DNA of 32,000 nucleotides from Desulfocapsa sulfexigens DSM 10523 (GCF_000341395.1 NC_020304.1:150001-182000), one strand, 5' to 3'; positions 17,389-25,820 are shown, counted from the first letter of the stretch. The notes: generated by a model from the sequence alone, not told the origin. Numbers and translations: made by a program.

Positions 17389-17411
17389 GGCTCCGCAGGG
17401 GCCGTCTTTTT
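17389..17411 (+). terminator. Candidate rho-independent terminator
   Basis: GGCTCC-gca-GGGGCC forms a 6-bp stem with one G-U pair, followed by GTCTTTTT. It lies about 145 nt downstream of the stop at 17245. Confidence 0.4.
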
Positions 17412-17414
17412 AAC

Positions 17415-17441
17415 TTGTCGTATTGATGTTTATATTATAAT
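17415..17441 (+). promoter_or_regulatory. Candidate sigma70-type promoter for the hybrid kinase
   Basis: TTGTCG, a 15-nt spacer, then a perfect TATAAT (17436-17441), about 140 nt upstream of the ATG at 17584. The spacer is short, so the call is weak. Confidence 0.3.
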
Positions 17442-17583
17442 CTTTCTTTAATGGTTCGGTTGAAACTGAAGTGGGTTGTGACCTTTTGGTTCTTGCTGCC
17501 GAGAGAGGGAATTACCTGTTTTTTTTGGGCTGTACCATTCTCCTGGAAAGCAAATCCCTATAACCCTTGCAGCAGGTTACAAT

Positions 17584-20500
17584 ATGGGAGTCTTCAAATT
17601 TGGATCAATCAACAAAAGCCTGGCAATTCTTTTGCTGGTAACCATCCTGCCCACGCTGACTATTCTCCTCTATTCGGGCCTGGAGCAGCGGAGCCGTTCC
17701 ATAGAAGACGCCAAAGAAGCCGTTTTTCTTCTGACCCACAGTATGGCAGGAGTCCAGAAGGATATCACCCATAACGTCCGACAAACCCTTTTCACCTTGT
17801 CCCTGCTTCCTGAAGTCCAGAGATTAAACGGTCAGGCAAGCAATGAAATCTTCCAGACGATCCTCAAAAAAAATCCGTTATTCATCAACATCGTCCTAAC
17901 AGATTTAAAAGGAAAGGTTATAACCAGCGGGAAAGCTCTGAAAAAGCCAGGAAGCATTGCTGACTGTAAACATTTTAAAGAGACTCTGGCAAGCAAGGCC
18001 TTTGCCACGGGAGAATTTGTCTATACCCGCACAGGGGAACCAAGGCCTGCATTTACCTATGCCTATCCGGTCCTGGCCGAAGATAACAGCCTGATAGCAG
18101 TGCTGGCAACAGCTATCCAACTGGACCACCTGGATGTCTTTTATAAAGACCTGAATCTGGATAAAAAATCTTTTATATCTGTAACCGACCATCGAGGTAT
18201 CCGGCTTTTTTATTACCCCGCAGCCGAGGAGACCAATCCCGTGGGCAGCCAGATCAAGCCCTTTTCTCTGGAACAGTCTAGAAAAACTCCTTCGTTTGGC
18301 AGGTTCACCGGAACAGGCTCCGATGGTGCCCGGCGTGTATTCGCCTTTGAAAACATCCGCCTTGCTACCGATCTCCCATCCTACATGACGGTGTGGGCAG
18401 GCATACCGGAAGCATCGGTTCTGGCTAAGACCAATGCTGCATTATCGAGAAACCTTATCTTTTTCTTCCTGAGCGCATTCTGCTCAATTCTTCTCTTCTG
18501 GCTCGTCGGTAAAAAAGTACTGCTTGCGCCAATTGCCGGCCTTATGGCCCTCACCAGGGAGTACAGCGCAGGAAATCTGGAGGCACGCTCTAAGCAGGAC
18601 ACCGGCCCACGTGAATTTATTGATCTGACAGAGGCCTTTTATACCATGGCCGCAGCACTTTCCAGCAATCAACAATCCCTCCAGGAAAAGGAAGACCGCT
18701 TCCGTGGCGTCTTTAACAGCATGAGCAGCGGAGTCGCTATTTATGAGGTAGTGGGGAATGGAGAAGGTTTTATCTTCAAAGATATCAATCCCGCCGGTGC
18801 CAGGAGTTCTCAACTCAGCCATGACAACATCATAGGCAAGCGTGTACGTGAAGTTTTCCCGGCAGTGAGGGACATCGGACTGTTTTCAGTATTTCAGCGG
18901 GTCTGGCAGGCAGGGAGAGCAGAACACCACCCGGCCACCCTCTACAGCGACGACCGGATAACGCTTTGGGTTGAGAATCATGTCTTTAAACTGCCGTCAG
19001 GAGAAATTGTCTCCGTCTATGATGACATCACAGAGCGTAAGCAGTTTGAAGAAGGGCTCAGGGAGAGTGAAGAAAAGTTCCGTGCCCTGATCAACCAGGC
19101 CACGGATTCGATCTATGTCCTTGATATGGAGGCTAACATCATTCTAGCCAACAGGCAGGCCTGCAAAAGCACCGGATATAGCGAGACGGAACTGCTCCAG
19201 TTAACCATTGCGGATATAGATCCATATTTTATAACGCGTAAAGACAAGGATATACTTTGGAAGGAACTTGTACCAGGCGAAAAACAGGTTATTGAATCGC
19301 ACCTTCGCGCCAAAGACGGCACGATGATTCCCGTTGAAGTTCACCTTGGTCTCATTGAGGTGAACAACAAAAAATCCATCCTCGGTATAGTACGGGATAT
19401 CACTGCACGCCTGGAGTTTGAAAGATCACTGCGCCGGAGCAAAGAAGAGTGGGAAAGCACTTTTGATGCCATGGGTGACATTATCACTATTCAGGATAAA
19501 GAGATGCGCATCCTGAAGGGAAACAAGACCTTTTACGATACGTTCGAAGGGAACCCCGACACCCTGAACGGCAGGTACTGCTACGAAGTCTTCCGGGGAC
19601 GCAGTCAGCCATGCCCCAATTGTCCCGAACTCTCTACCCCTGCTGGCAAGCACATTCACAGTGGTGAAATCTTTCACAAGACTCTTGATAAAATTTTTCA
19701 TGTATCCAGTTATCCCATCCAAAATGGAACGGGAGAGCTTGATCGTCTTGTCCACATAGCCAGAGACATCACCGAACAGAAACGTATTCAGGAGGATCTC
19801 TTTCAATCGCACAAAATGGAGGCCGTCGGTACCCTGGCCGGAGGTATTGCCCATGATTTTAATAATATTCTTTCTGCCATCATGGGCGCTGCGCAATTGG
19901 TCAAAAGGGAACTTCCCGAGAAGAGCCCTGCCCTGCAGGATATTGATACCGTTCTCCAGTCTGGAAGGCGGGCAGCAGATCTTATCAGACAAATTCTTAC
20001 CTTCAGCCGCAAAAAAGAGCATAAACTGCAATCCCTGGCCCCCCATCCTATTATCAAAGAAGCCCTGCAGATGCTGCGTTCTTCTCTTCCAAGCACCATT
20101 GAAATAGAGGAGGAGATCGACAGGGAATGCGGAGCTATCACTGCAGATCCCACGAGTATTCACCAGATTATTGTCAATCTCTGTACCAATGCCCTGCATG
20201 CCATCGATCAGCAGAAAGGCAAGATCACGGTCAGGTTGTACCGTGAAGATCTCAATTTGCAGGACACAGAGGCACACCCTGATGTCTCTGCCGGTCCCTT
20301 TGTTGTCCTTTCCGTCAGTGACACAGGGCATGGCATGGATGAAACAACCATGCAGAAGGTCTTTGAACCCTACTTTACGACCAAGGAAATCGGCAAGGGT
20401 TCCGGCATCGGTCTTTCGGTTCTCCACGGCATAGTCCAGGACTACAAAGGATTTATCAACGTTGAAAGTACACTGGGCAAAGGCAGTACCTTCCGGGTAT

Positions 20501-20940
20501 ATCTGCCCCTTACCGACAAAACGGCCATCTCCACTAGTGACGAGCAGCAGCCAGTCCAGTTAACTGAAACAGGGAGCGGACGAATTCTTGTTGTCGATGA
20601 CGAGGAATTTCTTGTCAGGATAAATAAAAGACGCCTGGAATCTGTTGGATACACCGTCACGACTGCTACGGACAGTACCGAAGCACTGAAAATGTTCCGT
20701 GCCCACCCTGAAACATTTGATCTGCTTATCACAGACCAGACCATGCCAAAATTGAGCGGTGCTGAACTGGCCTCTGAGATATTGAAAATAAGACCAGATC
20801 TGCCTGTAATCATGTCCACCGGACACAGTGACGTCGTCTCTGAAGAAAAAGCTCTTGAAATGGGTATTACAAAATATGTGCAGAAACCTATTCAGGGCAA
20901 CGAACTCCTTGAAGCTGCCCAGGAATTATTGGGAAGATAA
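17584..20940 (+). CDS. Hybrid sensor histidine kinase/response regulator (periplasmic sensor, HAMP, 3 PAS, HisKA, HATPase, REC)
   Basis: Two TM helices (LAILLLVTILPTLTILLY and LIFFFLSAFCSILLFWLV) bracket a roughly 250-aa extracytoplasmic Cache-like domain. There is a HAMP-like linker and three PAS repeats. The H-box is GGIAHDFNNIL, and the G-boxes are DTGHGMD and GKGSGIGLS. The receiver has ILVVDDEE...LLITDQTMPKLSG. Confidence 0.95.
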   Translation: MGVFKFGSINKSLAILLLVTILPTLTILLYSGLEQRSRSIEDAKEAVFLLTHSMAGVQKDITHNVRQTLFTLSLLPEVQRLNGQASNEIFQTILKKNPLFINIVLTDLKGKVITSGKALKKPGSIADCKHFKETLASKAFATGEFVYTRTGEPRPAFTYAYPVLAEDNSLIAVLATAIQLDHLDVFYKDLNLDKKSFISVTDHRGIRLFYYPAAEETNPVGSQIKPFSLEQSRKTPSFGRFTGTGSDGARRVFAFENIRLATDLPSYMTVWAGIPEASVLAKTNAALSRNLIFFFLSAFCSILLFWLVGKKVLLAPIAGLMALTREYSAGNLEARSKQDTGPREFIDLTEAFYTMAAALSSNQQSLQEKEDRFRGVFNSMSSGVAIYEVVGNGEGFIFKDINPAGARSSQLSHDNIIGKRVREVFPAVRDIGLFSVFQRVWQAGRAEHHPATLYSDDRITLWVENHVFKLPSGEIVSVYDDITERKQFEEGLRESEEKFRALINQATDSIYVLDMEANIILANRQACKSTGYSETELLQLTIADIDPYFITRKDKDILWKELVPGEKQVIESHLRAKDGTMIPVEVHLGLIEVNNKKSILGIVRDITARLEFERSLRRSKEEWESTFDAMGDIITIQDKEMRILKGNKTFYDTFEGNPDTLNGRYCYEVFRGRSQPCPNCPELSTPAGKHIHSGEIFHKTLDKIFHVSSYPIQNGTGELDRLVHIARDITEQKRIQEDLFQSHKMEAVGTLAGGIAHDFNNILSAIMGAAQLVKRELPEKSPALQDIDTVLQSGRRAADLIRQILTFSRKKEHKLQSLAPHPIIKEALQMLRSSLPSTIEIEEEIDRECGAITADPTSIHQIIVNLCTNALHAIDQQKGKITVRLYREDLNLQDTEAHPDVSAGPFVVLSVSDTGHGMDETTMQKVFEPYFTTKEIGKGSGIGLSVLHGIVQDYKGFINVESTLGKGSTFRVYLPLTDKTAISTSDEQQPVQLTETGSGRILVVDDEEFLVRINKRRLESVGYTVTTATDSTEALKMFRAHPETFDLLITDQTMPKLSGAELASEILKIRPDLPVIMSTGHSDVVSEEKALEMGITKYVQKPIQGNELLEAAQELLGR

Positions 20941-20957
20941 AAAGGTATTCGTTTCCC

Positions 20958-21139
20958 AACCTGATTACCATCGAAACTCAGCTTTGCAACCCGGAGTTGT
21001 TCCGTGTCGATTATATGGGACGCCATAAACCCATCTCTGGGGGCTCTGCTGCGGCCGTCCAGGCCGCAGATGCCCATATAATCAACACGAAATAACTCCT
21101 CCTCAAACGGGTAGGCTGAGGATGAGTAGTAATCAGGTT
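20958..21139. repeat. Nested inverted repeats / structured intergenic element
   Basis: A perfect 11-bp inverted repeat, AACCTGATTAC (20958-20968) with GTAATCAGGTT (21129-21139), encloses three further structures. These are a 9-bp IR TTATATGGG/CCCATATAA (21011-21019 / 21073-21081), a GC-rich hairpin CTGCGGCC-gtcca-GGCCGCAG (21049-21069), and a 10-bp imperfect hairpin (21096-21126). Confidence 0.4.
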
Positions 21140-21311
21140 TCCCAATACCAACAAAGGGTCACGCAAAGACTTGCCTCCAACATTTATTCAAAATTTGAAA
21201 CAGTTTGCAAAAAGAATGGCAGGAAACTATTCTTTTAGATATACTCTCGACAATTATATAAATTTGCTGACATTTTGTTTCCAGTTGAACCTTACACACC
21301 CAAAAATAATC

Positions 21312-21578
21312 ATGGATGAGCTGACAAACGACCTGAAAAAGAAATTAATCGAAGTCCTGAACCTCACAGATATAACGCCTGAAGAAATCGATGAAAATGA
21401 GCAGCTTGTGGGCGGTGATTTAGGGATCGACTCCATTGATGTCCTTGAAATGGTAGTTATGGTTGAAAAAGAATATGGGGTAGTCATCAACAACAAGGAT
21501 ATTGGAGAGAAGGTCTTTTCCACCCTCGCAGCACTCACCGATTACATTCGTGAGAATTCTCCCACGTTAGCTTCCTGA
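21312..21578 (+). CDS. Acyl carrier protein
   Basis: 88 aa from the ATG at 21312 (MDELTNDLKK...), with an LGIDSIDVLEM attachment-Ser motif. The 47 codons the track adds upstream are not ACP-like. Confidence 0.9.
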   Translation: MDELTNDLKKKLIEVLNLTDITPEEIDENEQLVGGDLGIDSIDVLEMVVMVEKEYGVVINNKDIGEKVFSTLAALTDYIRENSPTLAS

Positions 21579-21590
21579 GTAACAAGAATC

Positions 21591-23726
21591 TTGAGTAGTA
21601 AAAAAAAAACAGTTTATATTGCAGGCATTGGTATCATCAGTCCCCTTGGTTGCGGAGCTGATGATACGGAACAGTCTCTTCTAAAGAACATTTCTGCGAT
21701 TGCACCCCTGAGTGCAGACATCTTTTCCATTCGCACCCCTCCCCCTCTTCTGGTGGGGCAGGTCACAAATCTTACTGAATCGCCCCTTCCCCGAACACAT
21801 CGTTTAACAATTGCCGCTGCACAACAGGCAATGAAAGGACAGTCGCAGCCACCTGATGCTGTAATACTTGGAACAACCACGGGAGGAATTCTCACTACAG
21901 AAAACCTGCTTATTGAGAGTGAAAAGGATCCTCTGAAATACAGACACCACGGACTCACCACGGTGGCTGAAGAACTCGCAGATGCCCTCCACTGCACGGG
22001 TCCCGCACTCACTGTCTCCACTGCCTGTTCCTCGGGGAGCGTTGCCATCTCCATGGCTTGTAAAATGCTGCAGTCTGGTGAGGCGGAATGGGTGCTGGCA
22101 GGAGGAGCTGATTCCCTTTGCAGGCTGACCTACTTTGGATTTCATTCTCTTCAGCTGGTGGACCCCGAGGGCAGCAGACCACTGGATAAAGACAGAAAAG
22201 GAATGTCCGTTGCCGAGGGAGCGGGACTGCTCCTGCTCACCACCGTAAAGCCCGAGCAACCCATGGGCCAGATTCTTGGCTGTGGACTGACCTGTGACGC
22301 CCACCACCCTGCGGCGCCTCATCCAGAGGGAAAAGGCGCCTTCCAGGCCATACGCAATGCTATCAACTCTGCGGGAATTAATGCCCGCGCAATCGATTAC
22401 ATCAACCTTCACGGAACAGGTACTCCGGATAACGACTTGGCAGAATCGAAGGCAATACGGGCAGTCTTTGCCAATCCCCCGCCCCTCTCATCTATCAAAG
22501 GAGCGACGGGGCACAGTCTGGCCGCATCCGGTGCTATAGAAGCTGTTATTGCCGCAATCTGTATACAGGAGGGATTTCTGCCGGGTAACACCGGACACAG
22601 AACCCCGGACCCGGAATTGCATATAAGGCCCATTATGTCGCCTGTAAGTCAACCAGTCTCAATAATCCTCTCCAACTCCTTTGGATTTGGGGGAAATAAT
22701 GCGTGCCTCCTTTTCTCAAAGAATGGAACAGTCACCGCACCCTCCATTGCTTCTGAACACGCCCCCTTAACCATAGTCGGAAAGGCTTGTATCACAGGAG
22801 TTGGCCATACCCGGAGCAGTCTGGAAACATTCTCCAAACTGGCAGTTATTGGTGGCACTCTTGACAGTAAAATCATCTCAGAGAACCTTCCAGCACGAAA
22901 GGTACGACGCCTGAAACGCTTTTCACGAATTGCCCTCGCCCTGGCCGCTGCTGCCCTTGAGGATTCCGGTCTCAAGGAATCACCCCAGTCCGTTTTTATG
23001 GGAAGTGGCTGGGGCGCACTTTCCGAGACCTATGATTTTATAGATAAACTGCAAAGCAGTGACGAAAAGTTCCCCAGCCCCATAGACTTTGTAGGTTCCG
23101 TTCACAACAGTGCTGCCGGACAGATTGCCATCATGCATGGGGCAAGGGGTGCGAATATCACCAGTAGTGGTGGTGACCATTCTTTTGAGCAGGCACTGCT
23201 TGCCGCAGACTCCTTTCTTGACGAAGATTCACCGTCCGCTTTCGTACTTGCTGTCGATGAGTTCCACAAACAGTTCTCACCGCTGTTTGATCCATCGATC
23301 ACAACTGATACGTCCCCTGCTGATGGGGGGGGAGGGTTTTACCTCCTCAGACAGGCCGTCCCCGGAAGGGTCTCCGTTCAACTCAAGTGTTACCAGAAAC
23401 AGACAGAAGATATACTGGAGTCGCTTGTTGCAGGTCTTGGTGGCACCGAATCACTGCAAAACGACTGCGGAATGATACTTGCCGGAATCCCCGCAGCCGT
23501 CGCCCACCAGGGAGAAGAACAGCTGCATCAGTTTATGGAGAAAACCGGGCTTGACATTCCGGTTATTCATTACAGGATGTTTACCGGAGAATTTGCCTCA
23601 GCTTCCAGTGTTGCTGCGGTTATAGCCGCACAACTTCTGGAAGACGGTGTTGTCGATTCCAGCAAGAAAATCCTGGTACTGGGTTTTGGGAAATACGTCA
23701 CTGCCATGGAATTCGCCATTCAATGA
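21591..23726 (+). CDS. Didomain protein: canonical beta-ketoacyl synthase fused to a Cys-less KS-like (chain-length-factor-like) domain
   Basis: Residues about 1-375 carry STACSSGS (Cys), CDAHHPAAP (His), NLHGTGTPDND (His), GHSLAASG and SFGFGGNNAC. Residues about 390-711 have KS-like blocks (GSGWGALSETYDF, SVHNSAAGQIAIMHGARG) but ITSSGGDHS where TACSSG would lie. TTG start at 21591. Confidence 0.85.
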   Translation: MSSKKKTVYIAGIGIISPLGCGADDTEQSLLKNISAIAPLSADIFSIRTPPPLLVGQVTNLTESPLPRTHRLTIAAAQQAMKGQSQPPDAVILGTTTGGILTTENLLIESEKDPLKYRHHGLTTVAEELADALHCTGPALTVSTACSSGSVAISMACKMLQSGEAEWVLAGGADSLCRLTYFGFHSLQLVDPEGSRPLDKDRKGMSVAEGAGLLLLTTVKPEQPMGQILGCGLTCDAHHPAAPHPEGKGAFQAIRNAINSAGINARAIDYINLHGTGTPDNDLAESKAIRAVFANPPPLSSIKGATGHSLAASGAIEAVIAAICIQEGFLPGNTGHRTPDPELHIRPIMSPVSQPVSIILSNSFGFGGNNACLLFSKNGTVTAPSIASEHAPLTIVGKACITGVGHTRSSLETFSKLAVIGGTLDSKIISENLPARKVRRLKRFSRIALALAAAALEDSGLKESPQSVFMGSGWGALSETYDFIDKLQSSDEKFPSPIDFVGSVHNSAAGQIAIMHGARGANITSSGGDHSFEQALLAADSFLDEDSPSAFVLAVDEFHKQFSPLFDPSITTDTSPADGGGGFYLLRQAVPGRVSVQLKCYQKQTEDILESLVAGLGGTESLQNDCGMILAGIPAAVAHQGEEQLHQFMEKTGLDIPVIHYRMFTGEFASASSVAAVIAAQLLEDGVVDSSKKILVLGFGKYVTAMEFAIQ

Positions 23727-25066
23727 ACGTCCTGCTCATCTCACCCAATACCCTCACCGTTCCCTATCCGGTATATCCCATTGGCCTTGATTATGTGGCC
23801 GGTTCCTTATCAACCAGGCATCAGGTTCAGATTGCAGATCTCAATATCCTGGGACATGATGCGCTTGGGCAAATGATAGGCGATTTTTCTCCGGATATTA
23901 TAGGATTATCAATCCGTAACATTGACAACACCGAATCAGGCAATCCACTTTTTTTTATCAGCGAGCACAAAAAGCTTGTGGATTGGCTGCGAACCCAAAG
24001 TGACGCCCCCATTGTCGGTGGCGGCGCTGGGTTCACCATCCTTCCCCGTGAAATCTTCGACGCCCTTGAACTTGATTACGGCATTATAGGAGAGGGGGAA
24101 CGCCTGGGAGAACTGCTTGAGGCACTTGAAAACAAGGGGCCACTCTCCAACATTCCTGGCCTGCTCACGAGCTCACATCCCGCTATTCCTGCCGCGCCCT
24201 GGGGGGGAATCCTGCAAAGACAACCAGCACGGAATGCCCATTCACAGTTCTATCTCGATTATGGCGGAATGCTTAACCTGCAGACAAAACGGGGCTGTTC
24301 TTTCCGCTGCATCTACTGCCCCTACCCCCATATTGAAGGAAAAAAACATCGTCTTGTTGATCCCGAAACTGTTGCCCATATGGCCCTTTCACTTCAGGAA
24401 AATGGCGCAAAATACATTTTCATCACCGACTCCGCCTTCAATTCAGATGTCAGCCACAGCCTCAGTGTAGCGGAGTCCCTTAAACGCAATGGCCTTTCAA
24501 TCCCATGGGGGGGATTTTTTGCCCCCATTAAACTCCCGGATGATTATTTCACCCGGATGAAAGAGTGCGGCCTGAAACATGTCGAATTCGGCACGGAATC
24601 CCTCTCTCAAACAATGCTTAAGACCTACCGCAAACCCTTCACCCCCAAAGACGTTATCAGTGCCCATAATCAGGCCGTTGCTGCCGGACTCCACGCAGCC
24701 CATTATTTTCTGCTTGGTGGCCCAGGGGAGACCGTGACAACGGTGGACGAAACACTGAATTGTATAGAACATCTAAAAAAAACGGTACTCTTCTTTTTCA
24801 CCGGCATCAGGATCTACCCTCATACCAGACTCTACGACATTGCTCTTGAGGAGGGGAAAATCAGCAAAAACACCAGTCTCCTGGAACCCTTCTATTATGA
24901 AAGTAATGCCATCAGTCATGGGGAAATAGAAAAACAGGTCTCAGAGCGCGGCAAAGAACGGATCAACTGGATCGTTGGATCCGGAGGAAAAAAGTCAGCC
25001 GAAACAGTGAGCAAGATGCATAAACGTGGGTTCACCGGGCCTCTCTGGGAGTTTTTGATCCGTTGA
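23723..25066 (+). CDS. Cobalamin-binding-domain (class B) radical SAM protein
   Basis: B12-type N-terminus (MNVLLISPN...DIIGLSIRN...PIVGGGAGFT), then QTKRGCSFRCIYC (CxxxCxxC). It forms an ATGA overlap with the KS/CLF stop. Confidence 0.9.
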   Translation: MNVLLISPNTLTVPYPVYPIGLDYVAGSLSTRHQVQIADLNILGHDALGQMIGDFSPDIIGLSIRNIDNTESGNPLFFISEHKKLVDWLRTQSDAPIVGGGAGFTILPREIFDALELDYGIIGEGERLGELLEALENKGPLSNIPGLLTSSHPAIPAAPWGGILQRQPARNAHSQFYLDYGGMLNLQTKRGCSFRCIYCPYPHIEGKKHRLVDPETVAHMALSLQENGAKYIFITDSAFNSDVSHSLSVAESLKRNGLSIPWGGFFAPIKLPDDYFTRMKECGLKHVEFGTESLSQTMLKTYRKPFTPKDVISAHNQAVAAGLHAAHYFLLGGPGETVTTVDETLNCIEHLKKTVLFFFTGIRIYPHTRLYDIALEEGKISKNTSLLEPFYYESNAISHGEIEKQVSERGKERINWIVGSGGKKSAETVSKMHKRGFTGPLWEFLIR

Positions 25067-25134
25067 TAATACAGAGTCCGCTATTTTCCTGAAACAACAA
25101 TGGAACATTTGAATTTTTTGACCATTCTTGGTAG

Positions 25135-25158
25135 AAACATCTGATGTTTACATAAACA
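25135..25158. promoter_or_regulatory. Overlapping palindromes in the 110-nt gap before the dehydratase gene
   Basis: AAACATC-t-GATGTTT (25135-25149) overlaps TGTTTA-ca-TAAACA (25145-25158). The site lies 19-42 nt upstream of the ATG at 25177. Function unknown. Confidence 0.2.
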
Positions 25159-25176
25159 GATCAACTGAGCACTACT

Positions 25177-25530
25177 ATGTGGTATTCGTATATTTCGATA
25201 GGACATGATGGAGAGAATGCAGTGCTTGCCCGGGTGACTACGGATGCTGCGTCGCCCTGGTTTGCAGGGCATTTTCCAGAAGACCCTATTTTACCGGGCA
25301 TTGCCCAGATAAATATGGTAACTGAAACCATTGCAAGGGTTTTAAAGAAAAATCTATCGCTACAAAGTGTTGCCCGTATTAAATTTAAAAAGCTTGTCCG
25401 GCCCGGCGATATCCTTGATATCCACGCCATGGCAGGAAAAAAAGAAAACCACTATTCTTTCAGTATCACCAGCATGGAAGAAGATGTCTGCTCCGGCAGA
25501 CTGGTGCTGGCCCCAAAAAAGGAGCAATAA
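25177..25530 (+). CDS. Hotdog-fold 3-hydroxyacyl-ACP dehydratase (FabZ/ApeI-like)
   Basis: WFAGHFPEDPILPGIAQINM, the FabZ-type HFPxxPxxPG active-site block. 117 aa. Confidence 0.85.
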   Translation: MWYSYISIGHDGENAVLARVTTDAASPWFAGHFPEDPILPGIAQINMVTETIARVLKKNLSLQSVARIKFKKLVRPGDILDIHAMAGKKENHYSFSITSMEEDVCSGRLVLAPKKEQ

Positions 25531-25536
25531 AGAAAC

Positions 25537-25803
25537 ATGACAACCGATACACATCAGGCAATCACCCGTATTGCTGAAATAATCATCAATGAACTGAAGC
25601 TTGAAGATGTTACCCCTGAAACCTTTGATGCCGACCTTGATCTTGTGGATGAGATCGGGATTGACTCCATGGATCTTGCCACCATCGCCCTGGTCCTCCG
25701 TGATGAATATGGGATCAGAATCGATGAAGATGACTACCCGAAACTGACCACCGTGCGCATTATTGCTGAGTACATCACTACAAAACTGGCAGAAAAAGAG
25801 TAA
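25537..25803 (+). CDS. Acyl carrier protein
   Basis: 88 aa with an IGIDSMDLATIAL attachment-Ser motif. AAGGAG SD about 12 nt upstream. Confidence 0.9.
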   Translation: MTTDTHQAITRIAEIIINELKLEDVTPETFDADLDLVDEIGIDSMDLATIALVLRDEYGIRIDEDDYPKLTTVRIIAEYITTKLAEKE

Positions 25804-25820
25804 CCAGGCAGGAACAGAGC

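Noticed and set aside
17269-17774. 60-aa and 107-aa ORFs in the spacer between the solitary rSAM gene and the hybrid kinase
   Set aside because: They have no motifs. The first runs through the terminator-like hairpin and the AT-rich promoter-like stretch. The second overlaps the kinase start in another frame.
19426-20427. 333-aa antisense ORF inside the hybrid kinase gene. Similar long antisense ORFs occur at 11616-12410, 6452-7090, 1512-2057, 2109-2669, 147-659, 21804-22412 and 25360-26213.
   Set aside because: Each lies fully opposite a gene with strong family motifs and has no motifs of its own. These are the shadow ORFs expected in this codon-usage regime.
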